DNA of 59,146 bases, the filler included, from Jimgerdemannia flammicorona (Eukaryota): NCBI GenBank assembly GCA_003990765.1. It is 2 parts of 2 records of this genome, joined end to end, with 100 filler letters (N's around TTAATTAATTAA, not from the genome) between each part and the next. Parts side by side here need not be neighbours in the genome. Positions count along the whole stretch, not along the records: positions 29,625 to 59,146 come from RBNJ01000493.1; 1 more part is not named here. The stretch is one strand, 5' to 3'. Below the pieces are notes generated by a model, which ran no database searches, had not been told where the DNA came from, and saw nothing but the letters and a program-made list of their open reading frames with translations. Positions within the stretch are counted from its first letter, which is position 1; each line of letters opens with the position of its first letter. Shown here in pieces: positions 34,905 to 48,700 of the stretch. The translations under genes were made by a program, and so were the position numbers.

Positions 34905-37900
34905 GTCTCTTAGACTGCCCTTTATTACTGAAGTCTATAGTGTTAACAATACAATGTCACCCCCACCCTCAACCAATGCCCCGGGGGCCCAACCCCTCTC
35001 CCTCAATCTCCCTCTGCCTGAGCACTACCCAATTACCCACTACCTGAACCCTCCCACTACTCTTCTGGGAGATACACTGCACCAGACCCCTGCGGCACCC
35101 CCTACCTATCCCCCAACCTCACCACCAGCTATTCAAAATGTCCAACAGCAACTATTCCCACCAGGCCATCTTGTCACCAACCCCGACCTGATGCCCTTCC
35201 TCAAAGACATGAACCCAATGCCCAGCCAACCCAACCCATATAGCCAAAGCCCAACCAAGGGTCAGCCATTCGTCCCCAACCCCACCCACCAGTCACTGGC
35301 GAAGCTCTCCCCATCTCCCCCCTCTCTCTCCCTCCACGACACCCAGCCCTACCCTGTTCATAATACATCTCCAAAACTCCCCCAAAACCTCACATTCACC
35401 AAGTCAATGTTCAGGCATTTGTATCACTCCTCCCTCCTGACCAACATTGAAACAATCCTCACATTCAAATACCCCACCATCCACCAAGTGTTCAGACTGA
35501 TAGTTCAATATCACATTCCACCATAGGACCTGCCACCACACCACTCAGAACCTGGGGGACAGCCACTGCCACACCTGTTTGCTCCAAAGCTAGAGTCCAT
35601 TCCAATCCCACTCCTCTCCGATTCCAATCCTCTGCCAGGCTTCTGGCCACAGGTCTCCACCTAGGCCTTGCAGACACTCCAGACCCTCATCAAGCTGAAA
35701 GTTCTTCACCAGAACACCACCCAATAGAAGCCTGTCCCACTGCCACATCCATGGTCCCCAAACCTCCTTGGCTTCATCACCTTGCCACCGAAGTCCAATT
35801 TTCTTAGCACCATCCACCACCCCCCACCAAAAGCCTGTAAACCACATCCTCCTGCTCTCTTCTATGGCCACCATCACAAGCAGGTCACTGGAGCCACCAT
35901 GTGGGGAGTACCAAACCTCCCACAACCTCTGCATGAGTGGCACCCACTCCCAACCCCTGAGCTTGCTCGCCCTTCACAGCCACCAGGCTCTCAGACATAG
36001 AAGCTGCTTAGTAAAGTCCACTAGGCCCAGCCCACCTCTTTCCAAGGGCAGTGTGAGCACCTCCCAACCAACCTGGCTTTACCGCCCTCCCCAGATCCAT
36101 GACCTCACCATCTTCAACAACCCCTTGATCACCCAGGCTAGGAAATCCAAATGATATCCAACATACCACAGCTTTGGCATCCAGTACACATTCAACACCA
36201 TCACCCTTCTGGCAAGGGACATATGCCAGCCTCCCCATCACAGCAAAACATTACCCCACTCCAGAAGTTTACGGTCCCACCATGCCTGGAGAAAAAGTGA
36301 TCTGAACACTGAGAAGTAGATCTCCAAGTAGCGCACTGGTTTACCAGCCAGTACTACCATCCCAATAACATTGCCACCAACAATTCCAGCACCCAGCACC
36401 AATGTCTCACATTTGTGCCAGTTTAGTTTAGCACCAGAACCCTGCTCATACCATTCCACAGTCCTCTGTAACTCTCTCACATCCCCCAAGGAGCCCAGCC
36501 TGACCACCATATCATCAGCAAAGGCCCCCACCTTCCAGTTTACCCCTAAAATATCCAAACCTCCAATCTTATGCCAAATCCTGTCCAGTAGTGGCTCCAG
36601 GGAAAGGGCATACAATATGGATGACAAGGGGTCCCCTTGTGGTACCCCATGTCCCAGGGGAAAGGTCACCCCCCTGTGGCCATTGATGACCAATGCTGCC
36701 TGACTGTCCTCCAAGAGGCTGATTAATGATCCTCGGAACCCCGGGGGGATACCAATCCACTTCAGCACTCCCTCCAGCCATATTCTCCACACTCTATCAT
36801 AAGCCTTCTCTTGGTCCAGAAATACCAATCTGCCATCCACCCCTGTCACCTGAACATCTTCAATCACTCTATGAACTCAGGCTGTCCCATCTCGAATCAA
36901 CTGACCACTGACAAACCCATGTTGCTCCACACCAAGCACCTGCTGAGCGATTCCTTGCAACCTCATCACCAAGATTTTTGTCACCAGTTTGCAGTCCATG
37001 TTGAGAAGCATAATTGGCTGCCAGTTCTTCCAATCCTCTTGCCTACCCTTGATCTTATAGAGCAAGGAGACTAGCTCTAAGTGCTGTCCCCCAATCCAGG
37101 CACCAGACCAAAGAACACCATCATACATAGTAGTCATTTCCTCTAGCACCTCACCCACCCCAGTCATCTTCTGCCAAAAATCCCAGAGAAGCCCATCCTC
37201 TTCTGGGGCTATTCCCTTACTCATTGAGGCCACAACCCTGCAAATTTCCTTGCCACTCACCAGGTCTCTCAATGCCCTAAGTCCCATTGCAGGGTCTGGG
37301 TACCAATCCCCCAGCTGCCTTTCAACATCCAGAGCATCCAATCCCCCTTTCTCCTCACTCTAAAGATTCCCCCACTGGGTTCACAATAGGCCCAGAATCA
37401 CCGGAGTCTCTACCACCAACTCACTATTCTCGTCCAAAACTCCCTCTCACCGCTGCCTCATTCGTCATGCTTGTAACAACCATGACAAGAACCTGGTAGG
37501 CCTCTCTCCCTCCTCAAGCCCCTGCCACTGCAGGCAGGCCACCATTCCCTGCAACTGCTCCTCCTCCTCCCTTCGTAGCACCCCTTTGAGCTCCTCCACC
37601 TCCTGCCAGATTCTCGCAATACACCAATCAGTCACAGCCCTATCCTCTAGCATGCCTGCCCATCTCTCCATGAGTGCTGCCAGATACCGCGAGGCCCACA
37701 GCACCCGCCACCTTCACTGGGCATATTTTCCTTTCCCTGCTTCCCTCCAATACCTCTGAGCCTTTACCTTCAGCCTTCTCCAGTAGTCCCCAATCTCCAG
37801 GCCTTGTTCCCACCACCTGTCGATATTTCCAACCACCTCTATTTCCCATCCCTTCCACAACACCCTATCCTCCAATAAGGAAGAATTTAGCTGCCAATGT

Positions 37901-40900
37901 CCAGGCCCATCCTCATTTCCCCCAAACCTCTCCCCTCCAAGCAGCCCCTAGTGATCAGACCACGGACACCATATGACTTCCAGCACCGACCAGACATCTG
38001 CTCTCCAACACTCTACTGTTAGAACCCAGTCAATCCTGGAGCCCAGTCCTGCTGCCCAGTGGGTGTACACCCACCAATCAGCCCAAAAAAATCTTCCTGA
38101 GTCCACTAGAGAACACAACCTCTCTATCTCCAACCAGTCACCCAACCCACCACTTTCACCCCGCACACCTCTCCCTCCATCAGTTCTGTCCAACTCCTTA
38201 TCCCGTACTATGTTGAAGTCACCCCCCATACAGTCTAACCCAACTTCTCTCAATACACCAGTCTCTTTCAACCTGTGAATCCATTCCACCCTCTCCCCTC
38301 TCTCAGCTGGGCAGTAACAGGACTCAACCATCAGCGAGCCCCATCCAGGCCTCTTCCACACTCCCTACACCACCCGAGACCCCCAATGCCCAATGTCCCC
38401 AATGTCCCCCATCCCTTTCTGAATGAGAATACACACTTTTCCCCTCCAAACTGCTGTGCCCCCCCATTCCTTAGTTCAATCCTGTAAGTCCACATCTGTC
38501 TCATAACAAACATCCTGCAACAAGAAGAGATCTGCATCCAGTCCCTTAAGCCAACCAAATATATACTTCCTCCTAGCCACCCCCTATAACCCATTAACAT
38601 TCAATGAGAATATCCTAGTTATACTGTTCATATTGAAGAAATGTTGCAATAGAGACCCCAATCTATAATTCCATGCTCATCTCATCCCCCGCCAGATCCA
38701 AGTGCCACTCAGCTTCCAAGTTACCCTCCACATTATCCTGAGCATCCAGTGCCCCTAAGATTTCCTGACATTCCACTCTGTTCACTTCCTCCATATCCAC
38801 CTGGTAGTCCAAGCAGACTGCATGCCACTTCTCCAGACCCTTCCTCGAATTCCACAAGAAAAGTGCCCTGTCACTTGCAATCCTCCTAAGTTTCTCCTCT
38901 CGCTGATCATCAACTTGATATTCAATTGACTCCAGGAGAACAGCCAGGATCTCATTCCTCATCTTCCTCAGCACCTCCTCCCCCTGTAGGATCTCCTCCC
39001 AATGCTTCTCCTCCATCACCCTGAAGTCCTCACCCCCCAGCTCTTCAGCCACTACCCCTTCTAGGGTCTTCCACATCCACTTCTCCTCATCCACTGCCTC
39101 TGCCACCCCCTGAGCAATTTGTCCCCCATCCACCTCGGAGTCCACCAGCATGCTCCTCCTCACTGACTCATCCCACTCCTCATCCGGCACATCCATCAGC
39201 TCCTCCTCCCCCTCTGCCCCATCCGGAATACTATACTGAGGGTGCACACCCTCACTCATTTTGGCATCTGCCTCCAAATTGCCCTCTCTCCTCTCTCCCA
39301 CTCCAATCCGAGCCCTGCCCTGGGCCATCTCTCTCCCCTCAGCCCAGGCACTCTCTTGCAACCCTGCAACTCCCTCCCCTGAGCTTCCACCAGCCCTACC
39401 CCCACCCAACTTCGCCAACAGCTCCTTCTGGATCCTCCTTCCCTGCATATTCTCCCAGGCCCCCTTCTCCATCTGGACCCTCTTCCCATCCACCTCCCCC
39501 ACCACCGTCCTGGCCTCAAACTCCTTTCAGGCCAATCTCCTCCTCACAACTGTCCCTTCCAGGTCCTCCAGAGCCTCCAACAGATCCTCCTCCTCCTTCT
39601 GAGTCCCCTTCACCCTTGTGACCTTACACTCCACCGGTCCCCACCTCAGTATTGCTGGCCAGTCCCTTGACTTCCCCATATTCTCCTTCCCAGCCAGCCT
39701 CACCCTGACATCAATATCGCCAGTTCTAAGCTCCATGCCCTCCCAGACCTTGAACCCAACATCTATAATCTCACCATACTCCTTGATTACCTCTACAACC
39801 AACTCCCTGGTCCTTTCCTTTGATACAGTAGGGAGGTCCAATACTATCAACTGCATCACTCAGGGGTCTCAGTACATGCACCAGGCCATAGGGACCACAA
39901 CTCTACCAACTATCACCCCCTTCTCCATGGCTGCCAACAAGGCATCTTTCTCCTTAAACTCCACCTCAACTCCTTCCTTTCCCCTCAAAAACTTCACTGA
40001 TGCTGCTCCCTTAGCCTCCTGCGCCACCAGCCCCAAAATCATCCTCACCATCACCACCAAGCCCTGGAAGCACATTGTGACTGTGAATTCTGACCTCGAC
40101 TTCTTGAGTAATGGGGCCAACACCATACCTGTCACCCCATCTGCCAGGTTCCTGGGCCTTGTGCCCACTCTCAGTCCTGAATTGCCAACCGCTATCACAT
40201 CTGGATTTTTTGCCAGATCCCCAGTTATAGCCCCATCAATAGTCACATCTCCAGCCCCTACTCCCACTCCTCCCCTGCTACCTGAGACTCCCCTGGGCAC
40301 ACCTCCCTGTCCCCCAGCAGCAGCTAGCAATGCTGTCCTCAGGTCCAGTCAACTATCAAGGCCTGAGGCCATCTTTCCCATTCTGACCTTATCAGTGAAG
40401 GTCAACCTCTCCTCTCCTCTCTGCCTTAGCCCACTCCTCTCTCCACCACCCAGGCCTCGGCTAGCCATCAAGGCCCCTGGCATTCCCAAACCATCTCCCC
40501 TCCTCCCCACCTGCTGCCAGCCAAAGGTGCCATCACCCCCCTGGCCAGTATACTCACCAGTTTGATTGTTACCATCCATGTTGATAGTCGCTGGACACCA
40601 AAAACATAGTAAAAAGTGTTGTCTGAGTCTTGTGTCACTCGAATGTTACTGGTGAAAGGCATCTTTCAAGATTGATTTCTTGAGTAATGGTGCTACCATC
40701 AGTCCCATCACACTATCAGCCAGGTCCCCCTTCCTCTTTAGGCCCATCTGTCCAGCCCCTACATCAACAGTCATATCTGGATTTTTTTCCAGATTCCCTA
40801 TTATGCTACCATCAGTAGTCTTACCACTACCACCAGTAGCTACTCCACTTCCTCTATCTCTCACCAGCAAAGACCCAGCTCTCCCAGCATTCCCAGCCTT

Positions 40901-41240
40901 CTGCTTCCCCTTTCCACCTGCCTGTCTACTGCAGGCTCTCATCAGCCACCCCCCAGTTCTCAGCATATCTGCAAAGCTCCTTTTCTGCCACCCTCCAGCC
41001 CCCCCACCAGTGCCTCCTCCACTACCCAAGCTGCCCTGCCCACTCAAGCCACCGAAAGACCCCATCTCCAGCCTATACTCTCTCCTGACATATTGCCAGT
41101 CGAAGGCCCTAGGTCCACCTGACCTAGTATGTGCATCAGCTTGCTTACTGGTTGACATCACCTTAATATCTTTCTCTAATAAATGATTTGAAAGTATGTC
41201 ATAAGAGTGTGTGTAATATGAATTGTAGTGGAGAAAGATG
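29625..41240 (-). mobile_element. L1-like LINE A (ORF1, then APE-RT-CCHC ORF2 from ATG 33258); 3' end lost in the gap, ORF1 split by LINE B, inserted in a Copia
   Basis: APE (FSLNVN, LQD, DFN, RIDW, SDH) and RT (DQEKAYD, GVPQGDPLS, AFADD). ORF1 resumes at 40679 after the TSD. The 5' terminal motif is shared with LINEs B and C. Confidence 0.92.
34842..40664 (-). mobile_element. Full-length L1-like LINE B (about 5.8 kb) nested in ORF1 of LINE A; least eroded copy
   Basis: Poly(T) at 34839-34901. TSD ttcaagatcaattt (34828-34841) / ttcaagattgattt (40665-40678). ORF1 from 40579 to 38663; ORF2 from ATG 38631; RT in ORF 36238-36867. Confidence 0.95.
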
Positions 41241-42706
41241 TATACTGACATTGTCCTTGTCTTGAGTATAATTAATATTATTATTACCTAGTTTAATAGA
41301 TACAGAGTGTTTGAACTTCTTATACATAGAGAACTACTTGTAATATATTATATATCATATACTATATAGTATTAGAATCTATAAGTCAGATCTCTTTACT
41401 ATATATATTAGTACTATTAGACATATAGCTTATATTGGTACTAGTACTGAAACTAGTGAAACTAGTAGTTGGGGTATTTTTCATTAGTGTAAAAATGTTT
41501 TCTGAATTCACTTTTATATCTGCCTCTATAAAGAATAGATCTCTACCACTGCTGCTTTCATTGTTATTAGTATTTACTATATTTGCCTATTATTATTTTT
41601 ATTACTATTGGCTACCCTTTTCTTTCTTCTTATAGTTATAGTTTTGCTTACAGTGTCTATACTTATTATAGTAAAAGCATTTACTATTAAATTTAGCTCA
41701 CTGACTATCATACTACTGACTTTGCTCTTGTTCTTTATTTGGCTTATCTTTGCCTTGTCTATATACTCTATAGAAGGCTTTCTTATCATCTTCATTATTA
41801 TTACTACTCAGTCTTGATTCCTTGTTTAAAAGGTTCATAATGATATACTTATAGTTCAATAATCTACTAGATTTTCTCATAGTAGTAATAACTACATTAT
41901 ATATCTTAGGAAGGCCATATATAAGTACTAGAACCTTATCTTTATCCTTGATGAGATCCACCAGCATAGAAAGAGAATTCACTTGATTCATCAGATCATT
42001 GATATAGTTGGTATAGTTCTGAATACTCTCCTTAAACTTTATTTGGAGATTAAACAGTTATACTTTCAGATAGAATCTGTTTAATATCAATGTCTGTTGG
42101 TAATAATTATATAAGATCTCCTAGACTTTATTTGTCATCATAGCATTAATAATGAGTTTCATTTATATATTTAATAGAGTAAATATAATCTCTCTTAGTA
42201 TTTTACAATCTTTTATAATATTATATCTTATTATTTATATCTATAGCTTCCAGAAATCCTTTAGACTATATTATTTTAAGAGATTCTTCATATAGTATAC
42301 CTATATGGTGTAATTCTTATCATTAAAGATAGAAATTATCATCTTTACTATTGTTGGTACCATTGTAGAAATGGTCATGATTATGATTATTACAAAAGAT
42401 ATACTTATATTACTAGTACTCATACTATATAGCAGACTTATATTTGATATACCTGATAGATTTAATATCTTCTTCATATAGTGTAGTATATATGTTAAAG
42501 AGATGTCTTTATTATTATCTACTTTTGCTAGTAGGGCTCATAATCTTTTGTTATATAATACTTTAGAGAAAGACAGGTGGAGAGAAGTAGTAATTGTTTA
42601 TTAATACTAACTTATACACTTTTATATATATTGATAATATTTACAAAATAACATAGTCAGACTATACTACCATATATTGAGTTACTATAACTAAGATATT
42701 TCAATA
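41241..42706 (-). mobile_element. Ty1/Copia 5' remnant (LTR about 42549-42706, PBS 42533-42545, gag and protease), interrupted by LINE A
   Basis: PBS GATTATGAGCCC resembles the fungal Copia GGTTATGAGCCC. Gag-like FNDKNYTI*V and ORF 41713-41991 (LIYGLPKIYNVVIT). Protease-like *LIDSNTI*YM and VSIKLGNN. Confidence 0.8.
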
Positions 42707-42770
42707 TAGACTAATGATATTAAATATTAAAGTCCAAGTAATTATAAAAAAAATAAAAAATAAATAAAAA
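42707..42770 (+). mobile_element. Extreme 3' end and A-tail of LINE E, the likely target of the Copia insertion
   Basis: AGTCCAAGTAATTAT at 42731-42745, followed by an A-rich tail to 42770. Confidence 0.6.
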
Positions 42771-45700
42771 TAGTGAAGTAGTATAAGAGGTACTCTAGAG
42801 CTAAGCTCAACTACTATAAATATGAGACCTTAGTGCTTAGAGGTGGGGTTATAGGTAAAGATATAATTGTTAGCAAAAGAGATGATTTATTATCTAGAGA
42901 TCTTCTTCTTAGAATATAGTTCTTTGCTGTCCTAGGTATAGTAAGAGTAGAAGCTGATAGAGTGGGAGAATACTCTTCTTGGCTAGAGTGGCTATCATAT
43001 CTCATTAGTAGAGAGAATTATAATACTGAATATGTACTGATTACTGAAGCTATAGTATCTAGAATATTATCTAGATTTTCTAGTATAGTACTAAAAAGAC
43101 TTCTAAAGATAGCTAGGTCTTGAATTTGAGTAGACTAGTATAGTCAGATAAGATGAGAAGTATTGATACTACTAGTAGATAGAAGAGGACTTAGTTTGGT
43201 AGACTTTCTAAAACATCTATATTATTTGAGAGTATGGTGGTTGAAACAAGCTAGTGAGCTGAGGGACTAGAGCTGGATACCTTTTATATAGAAGATATAG
43301 AAGATATGCTTCTCTCTCAGAGAGATCTCTAGTATCTTTCTCCAGTAAAATTTAGATTACACAGACTTCTGACAACAATTAAGACTTTATTTTTGAAGAA
43401 AAGATACTAGCAACATAGTGACCAATGAGTATTCTGAGATACATACTAGGTAGGGCAGCCCTAGTACATTTGACTGGTAGCATGTGGGGAGGAGTTATGG
43501 CTTGGGGGGAAGCATGAGAGGCTTGCTGGTGAGAGGACATATGGGGAGGAGGCAGTGCTGAGAGACAGGAGACAGGGAGGATGAGCTTTATAGACAAAGT
43601 GAAGAGAGGTTGACTAATGACAATAACTGGACTAGAGGACTGACTAAAGAAGAGCATGATGATAGTAAAGACTGGAGGTACTGGGAGAGTAGCCCATAGA
43701 GATGAGAGCAGTAGAGCTAGGAGAGTAGTGGCTAGGGAGAGTGAGACTGCTGATAGTATAGATACTGCTAATCTGGAAAAAAATCCAGATATGACTATTG
43801 ATAGTAGATCTGGACAGGGGGTTGGCATGAGGCCCAGAGATCTGGCAGATAGTGTGATGAGACTGGTGGCAGTACTATTACTCAAGAAGTTGAGGTTGGA
43901 ATTCACTATCACATTGTATTTCTGAGACTTAGTAGTAATGATAAGGATGATTCTAGGGCTTCTGGCTCAGAAGGTGAAGGGGGCTACTTCAGTGAAATTT
44001 TTGAAGAGATTGGAAGAGGTAGAGGTAGGCTTTAAGAAGGAGGAGGTGCTTTTGGAGACTATGGAAAAAGTAGTAGTGGGGGAGGTAGTGATCTCCATGA
44101 CCCAGTACTTGTGCTGGAACCTTTGAGTAGTATAGCTAACAGTACTGGATATTCTTATAGTATCAAAGAAAATGGCCAGAGGATTGATTGTGAAGGCTAT
44201 TAAGGAGTATGGAGAGATCATAGATATTGGGTTCAGAGTTTGGGAAGATATCAAATTCAGGACTGAGAATGTAGATATTAGGGTAAGGCTGGTAGACAAG
44301 GAGAATATAGTAAAAGTTAGAGACTGGTCAGCAGTTCTTAAGTGGAGACCTGTAGAGTACAAGGTCTTGCAAGTGGAAGAGATACTAGAGAAAGAAGAGG
44401 ACTTGCTAGAGATATTGAAGAACTTGGCTAGAGCTATAGAGAGGAGGAGATTGATCTGAAAGAATAATGAGACCAAGATAGTTGTAGTGATTGTCAATGA
44501 TAAGAAGGTGTGGCTGGATCAGACAGTCTGGAAGCAGATATAGGGGAGGAGTATTCAGAAGGATCTGTTAGCAAAGTTGGAAGGAGGGACAGCAGAGGAG
44601 ACTACTGCTGAAGATGCTAGATCATACAAGTGCCTAGGCAGGGAAGAAGGAGGTGGCTCCTGAGATGGCCCAGAGAAAGGGTAGTGGCTCTGGGTTGAGT
44701 ATCATCATGGAAGATGCAGAGATGGTTGAGAGGGAGTATCCTCAGTATAGAGTGCCAGATGGAGCTACTGGTGAGAAGGAACTGCAAGATATACTGGAGG
44801 AGAATTGAGATGAATTGGTAAGAGAAAATACTGAGAGAGGGCAGGCAGAGAGAGTGAAGAGAGTGGCCCAGAGAGTTGAGAAGGCTGTAGACAAGAAGAA
44901 GTGGCTGTGGAAAATACTTAAGAATGTGGCAGCTGAGAATCTGGGGGGAGAGGACTTTTGAGTCCTAAGTGAGAGATACTGGGGGGAGATTCTGCATAGC
45001 AAGGAGGTGTCAAGAAAGATCTGTAATAAGATAATGGTAGTGCTGCTAAAGGCTGAGGCTTATCAAGTAGATGATAATAGAGAGGCAGTACTGAGGGTAA
45101 TTGCAAATGATTGAGCTGCTTATATGTGAGGTCTGAGGAAGGGGCTGGAAAAGTAGTAAATAGTATATGAGAAGTATCAGTCAGAAATAGAGGCTGTAGA
45201 TGGAGCAGATTGTCAGGAGATCTTAACAGTACTGGATGCTTAGCAGAAGATGGCAGATGAGCTTGAGGTAGAGAGGAACTTGGATATTATGGGTAATGAG
45301 ATAGCATGAAATTATAGGGTGGGCATGTCTCCTTAAAATAAATTATTCAATATAAACAGTACAACTAGAATATTCTCTTTGAATATCAATAGACTGAGAG
45401 GTATAATGAGATGTCAGAATCTCTTTAGTTGGTTGAAGGGGCTAGATGCAGATATTTTCTTATTGTAGAATATAGGCTATGATGTAGACTTGAACTTACT
45501 GGACTGGATAAGAGAATGGGGAGGTATAGCAGTATAGTGGGGTCAGGTGAGCATTCTAGTTAGGAAGGGGGTAGGGGATATTGGAGACATTGGACATTGG
45601 GGGAGCATATTGGTGTGAGAAGTGTAGAGGAGGCTAAGCTGAAGTTCCCTGACTGTTGGATCATATTACTGCCTAGTGGAAAGGGGGGAATGAGTAGATT

Positions 45701-48700
45701 GGATCCAGGGATTGTGAGAGGCTGGAGTTTTGGCAGATGTGGGAATTGACTGTCTGGGGAGTGACTTTAATATAATATACAATAGTAGAATAGACAGAAT
45801 AGATGGAGAGAGGGAAATAACAGATATGTGGGAGTAGAGAGATGGAAAATTGAGAGGAGATTGAGAGACTGAGTTCTTTGGTAAATATAGGGCAACATGG
45901 GTAGACAGATAGTAGAATCTATATGTACTGAGTGGCAGGGCTGAGATATAGGATTGACTGGAGGTTGATGGCTGAGTGCTGAGATATAGATGTCTAGAAT
46001 AAGATTAAGACAGTCTGGTGTCCATAGTCAGATTACTGGGGGTTGCTGGGAAGAGGGAGGTTTGGGAGTAGTAGAGATAGGCCTGGACATTAGTATCTAA
46101 ATATCTTACTGCTGGGGGATAGTACCCTATAGGAAGAATGAGTGGTGGATATTAGTGCTAAGATTGTTAGCTAGAGAGTGCAGGGGTTGGAGATCAGGAA
46201 TTATTAGTAGAGACTGAAATCTGATGCTCAGCAGTACTAGAGTAAGGCTGAGAGAGAGAGGAGAGTCTAGCAGAGACAGTATATTAGGTAGGCTTCATAG
46301 AGATTGGAGAAACTACTAGAGAGGTGGGCTGGGTCTTTGACAGACTATAAGAAAGGAAACTAGAGAATTCAGAGGATTCAGCAGGAGGTAGATAAACTGA
46401 AGGAGCTGCTTAGACAGGAGGAGGAAATGCAGATGAAGGGGTTGATAGCTTGGCTAAGGTAGTAAGGTCTGGAGGAGGGAGAGCAGCCTACTAAATTTCT
46501 ATCAAGGCTATTATAGGTGAGGAGGATGAGGCAGTAGTGGGAAGGAGTATTAGATAAGGCAGAAGATATGGTAACTGGGATGCTGAAGATATTAGGTCTA
46601 CTACAGTCTCATTGAGAGTAGCTGTAAAGTGAGAAAGAGGGTGGTGAGAATGCTCTTAGTATTGAACAGCAGTTGGAGAATTGGTATCCAGACCTAGCTG
46701 CAGGCCTGGACAACCTTAGAGCCCTAGTGTAAGGAGAGGAGGCATGTTGGGTCTTGGCAATAATGAGTATAGAGATAGTCCCTGGGGAGAATGGGTTGCC
46801 TTGGAATTTTTGAAAGAAGATGATTAGAGTTGAGGTTGTATTAGAGGAGATGGTACAGATGTATGATGAGGTCATTAGCTTGGAGATATAGATTGGAGGA
46901 CAGCACCTGGGGCTTATAGCTCTGCTGTACAAATACAAGAGACATAGAGAGAATTGGAAGAACTAGAGACTGATCATACTTCTGAATATAGACTACAAGT
47001 TGGTGACAAAGATTTTGGTGGCCAGGCTGTAAGAGATAGCTCAACAGATACTAGGGGCTGAGCAGAGGGACTTTATTGGTGGTTGTTTGATTCAGAATAA
47101 GATGGTATAGATATATAGTATTATTGAGAGTACTTATACAGCTGGGGTCAATGATTGACTAGTCTTTCTAAATCAAGAGAAGATATATGATAGAGTTCAG
47201 TATATATGGCTGAAGGGAATATTGAAATAAATGGGGATTTCTTCAGAGTTTAGAAGATCATTAATTTGCCTATTAGAGAAGAGTCAAGTGGCCATTATAG
47301 TGAATAGGTATAGGGGAGAGTCCTTCTCTCTAGGCAGAGGAGTGCTATAAGGAGATCTATTATTACTAATTCTCTATACCCTCTCATTGGAGCTCTTGTT
47401 AAATAGGATATAGTACAGAGTTGGGGGTTTAGATATTTTAGGAGTGAACTGGAAGATTGGGGCCTTTGCTGATGATATAGTGGTCAGGCTGAGCTCTGTA
47501 AAGGATGTAGCAGTACTGAAGAATATAGTGGAATAGTATGAGGGGTGTTTAGATGCTAGGCTCAATTAGCATAAGTATAAGACTCTGACCCTAAGTAGAG
47601 AAATAGTTGGTGGTGATGTGATTGAAATAATAGTCCTAGCAGGTGAAGCAGTTTACTACTTAGAGATTTATTTTTCAGTATATAGTTCCCTGCTACCTCA
47701 TGGCTGATAGAAGTAGCATTTACTAGTATGGGGAGATGTTCTCTTAGGGTAGAGAGGCTGTTATATCTCTCTGGTAGAGAGAGTGATAGTGCTGAATATA
47801 TACTGGCTGCCAAAGCTATAGTATGTGGAGTATTACTTGGACTTTCTGGCATGAGTGATTAAGAGACTATTGGAGATGGCCAGGTCATAGATCTGGGTGA
47901 GGTGGTAGAGCCAGATCAGCTGGGAGATATTGATATTGCTAGTAGACAGAGGTGGGCTGGGCCTGGTGGACTTTACCAAGCACCTGCACTGCTTGAGGGT
48001 ATGGTGGCTGAAGCAAGTGAGTAAATTGTGGGGTCAAGAGTAAGTACCCCTGCAGAGGGTGTGGGAAGCTCAGTGCTCTCTCTGTAATATGACTAGTGAT
48101 CTGCTCTCTCTGATGGCTCTTGAAGAAAGTAAGAAGATGTGCTATAGAGGATTCTGATGGAGAGTAGTAGATAGTGTCCACCATATTGGTCTTTGGTGGA
48201 GAGGTAATAAGAGAGAGGAGAAATGGGAACTACAGATGTAGAGATAAGACTATCTACTGTTAGGAGATATACTGGTAGAGAATTTTCAGCTAGAAGATAG
48301 TATGAAATATCTATGAGAGCATGGGAGGAATTTGTGGCTGGAGATATGGTAGAGAGTAGAGATCAGCAAAGAGTGGAACTGAAATAGTATCTGGTCTTGA
48401 TACAAGCAGGTAGTAAGATGGCTCCCCCTTAAGTTCTGAGTAGTATAGTGGTGAATTCTGAGATGTAACATAATACTAAACTTCTAGTCAGGACATTTGG
48501 TAGAAGGGGGTACTTTGGAGTATAAGGAGTATCTGGATATTGAGCAGATAGGGAGTGTAGTACAGACCTCTGAGCATTGGCTTGGAGAGTATGAAGCTCT
48601 GGGAGATTTCTGGTAAGTCATCAAGGACTAGCTGAAGTTGTGACCTTTGGGGAGAGTGGAGGGTGAGAGGTGGGGTGATCTCCAGTATAAGTTGGTGAGA

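Noticed and set aside
39618..40565. 315-aa plus-strand ORF and similar Pro/Ser-rich ORFs (33629-34366, 34954-35526, 40680-41186)
   Set aside because: Antisense shadows of the G-rich LINE sense strand.
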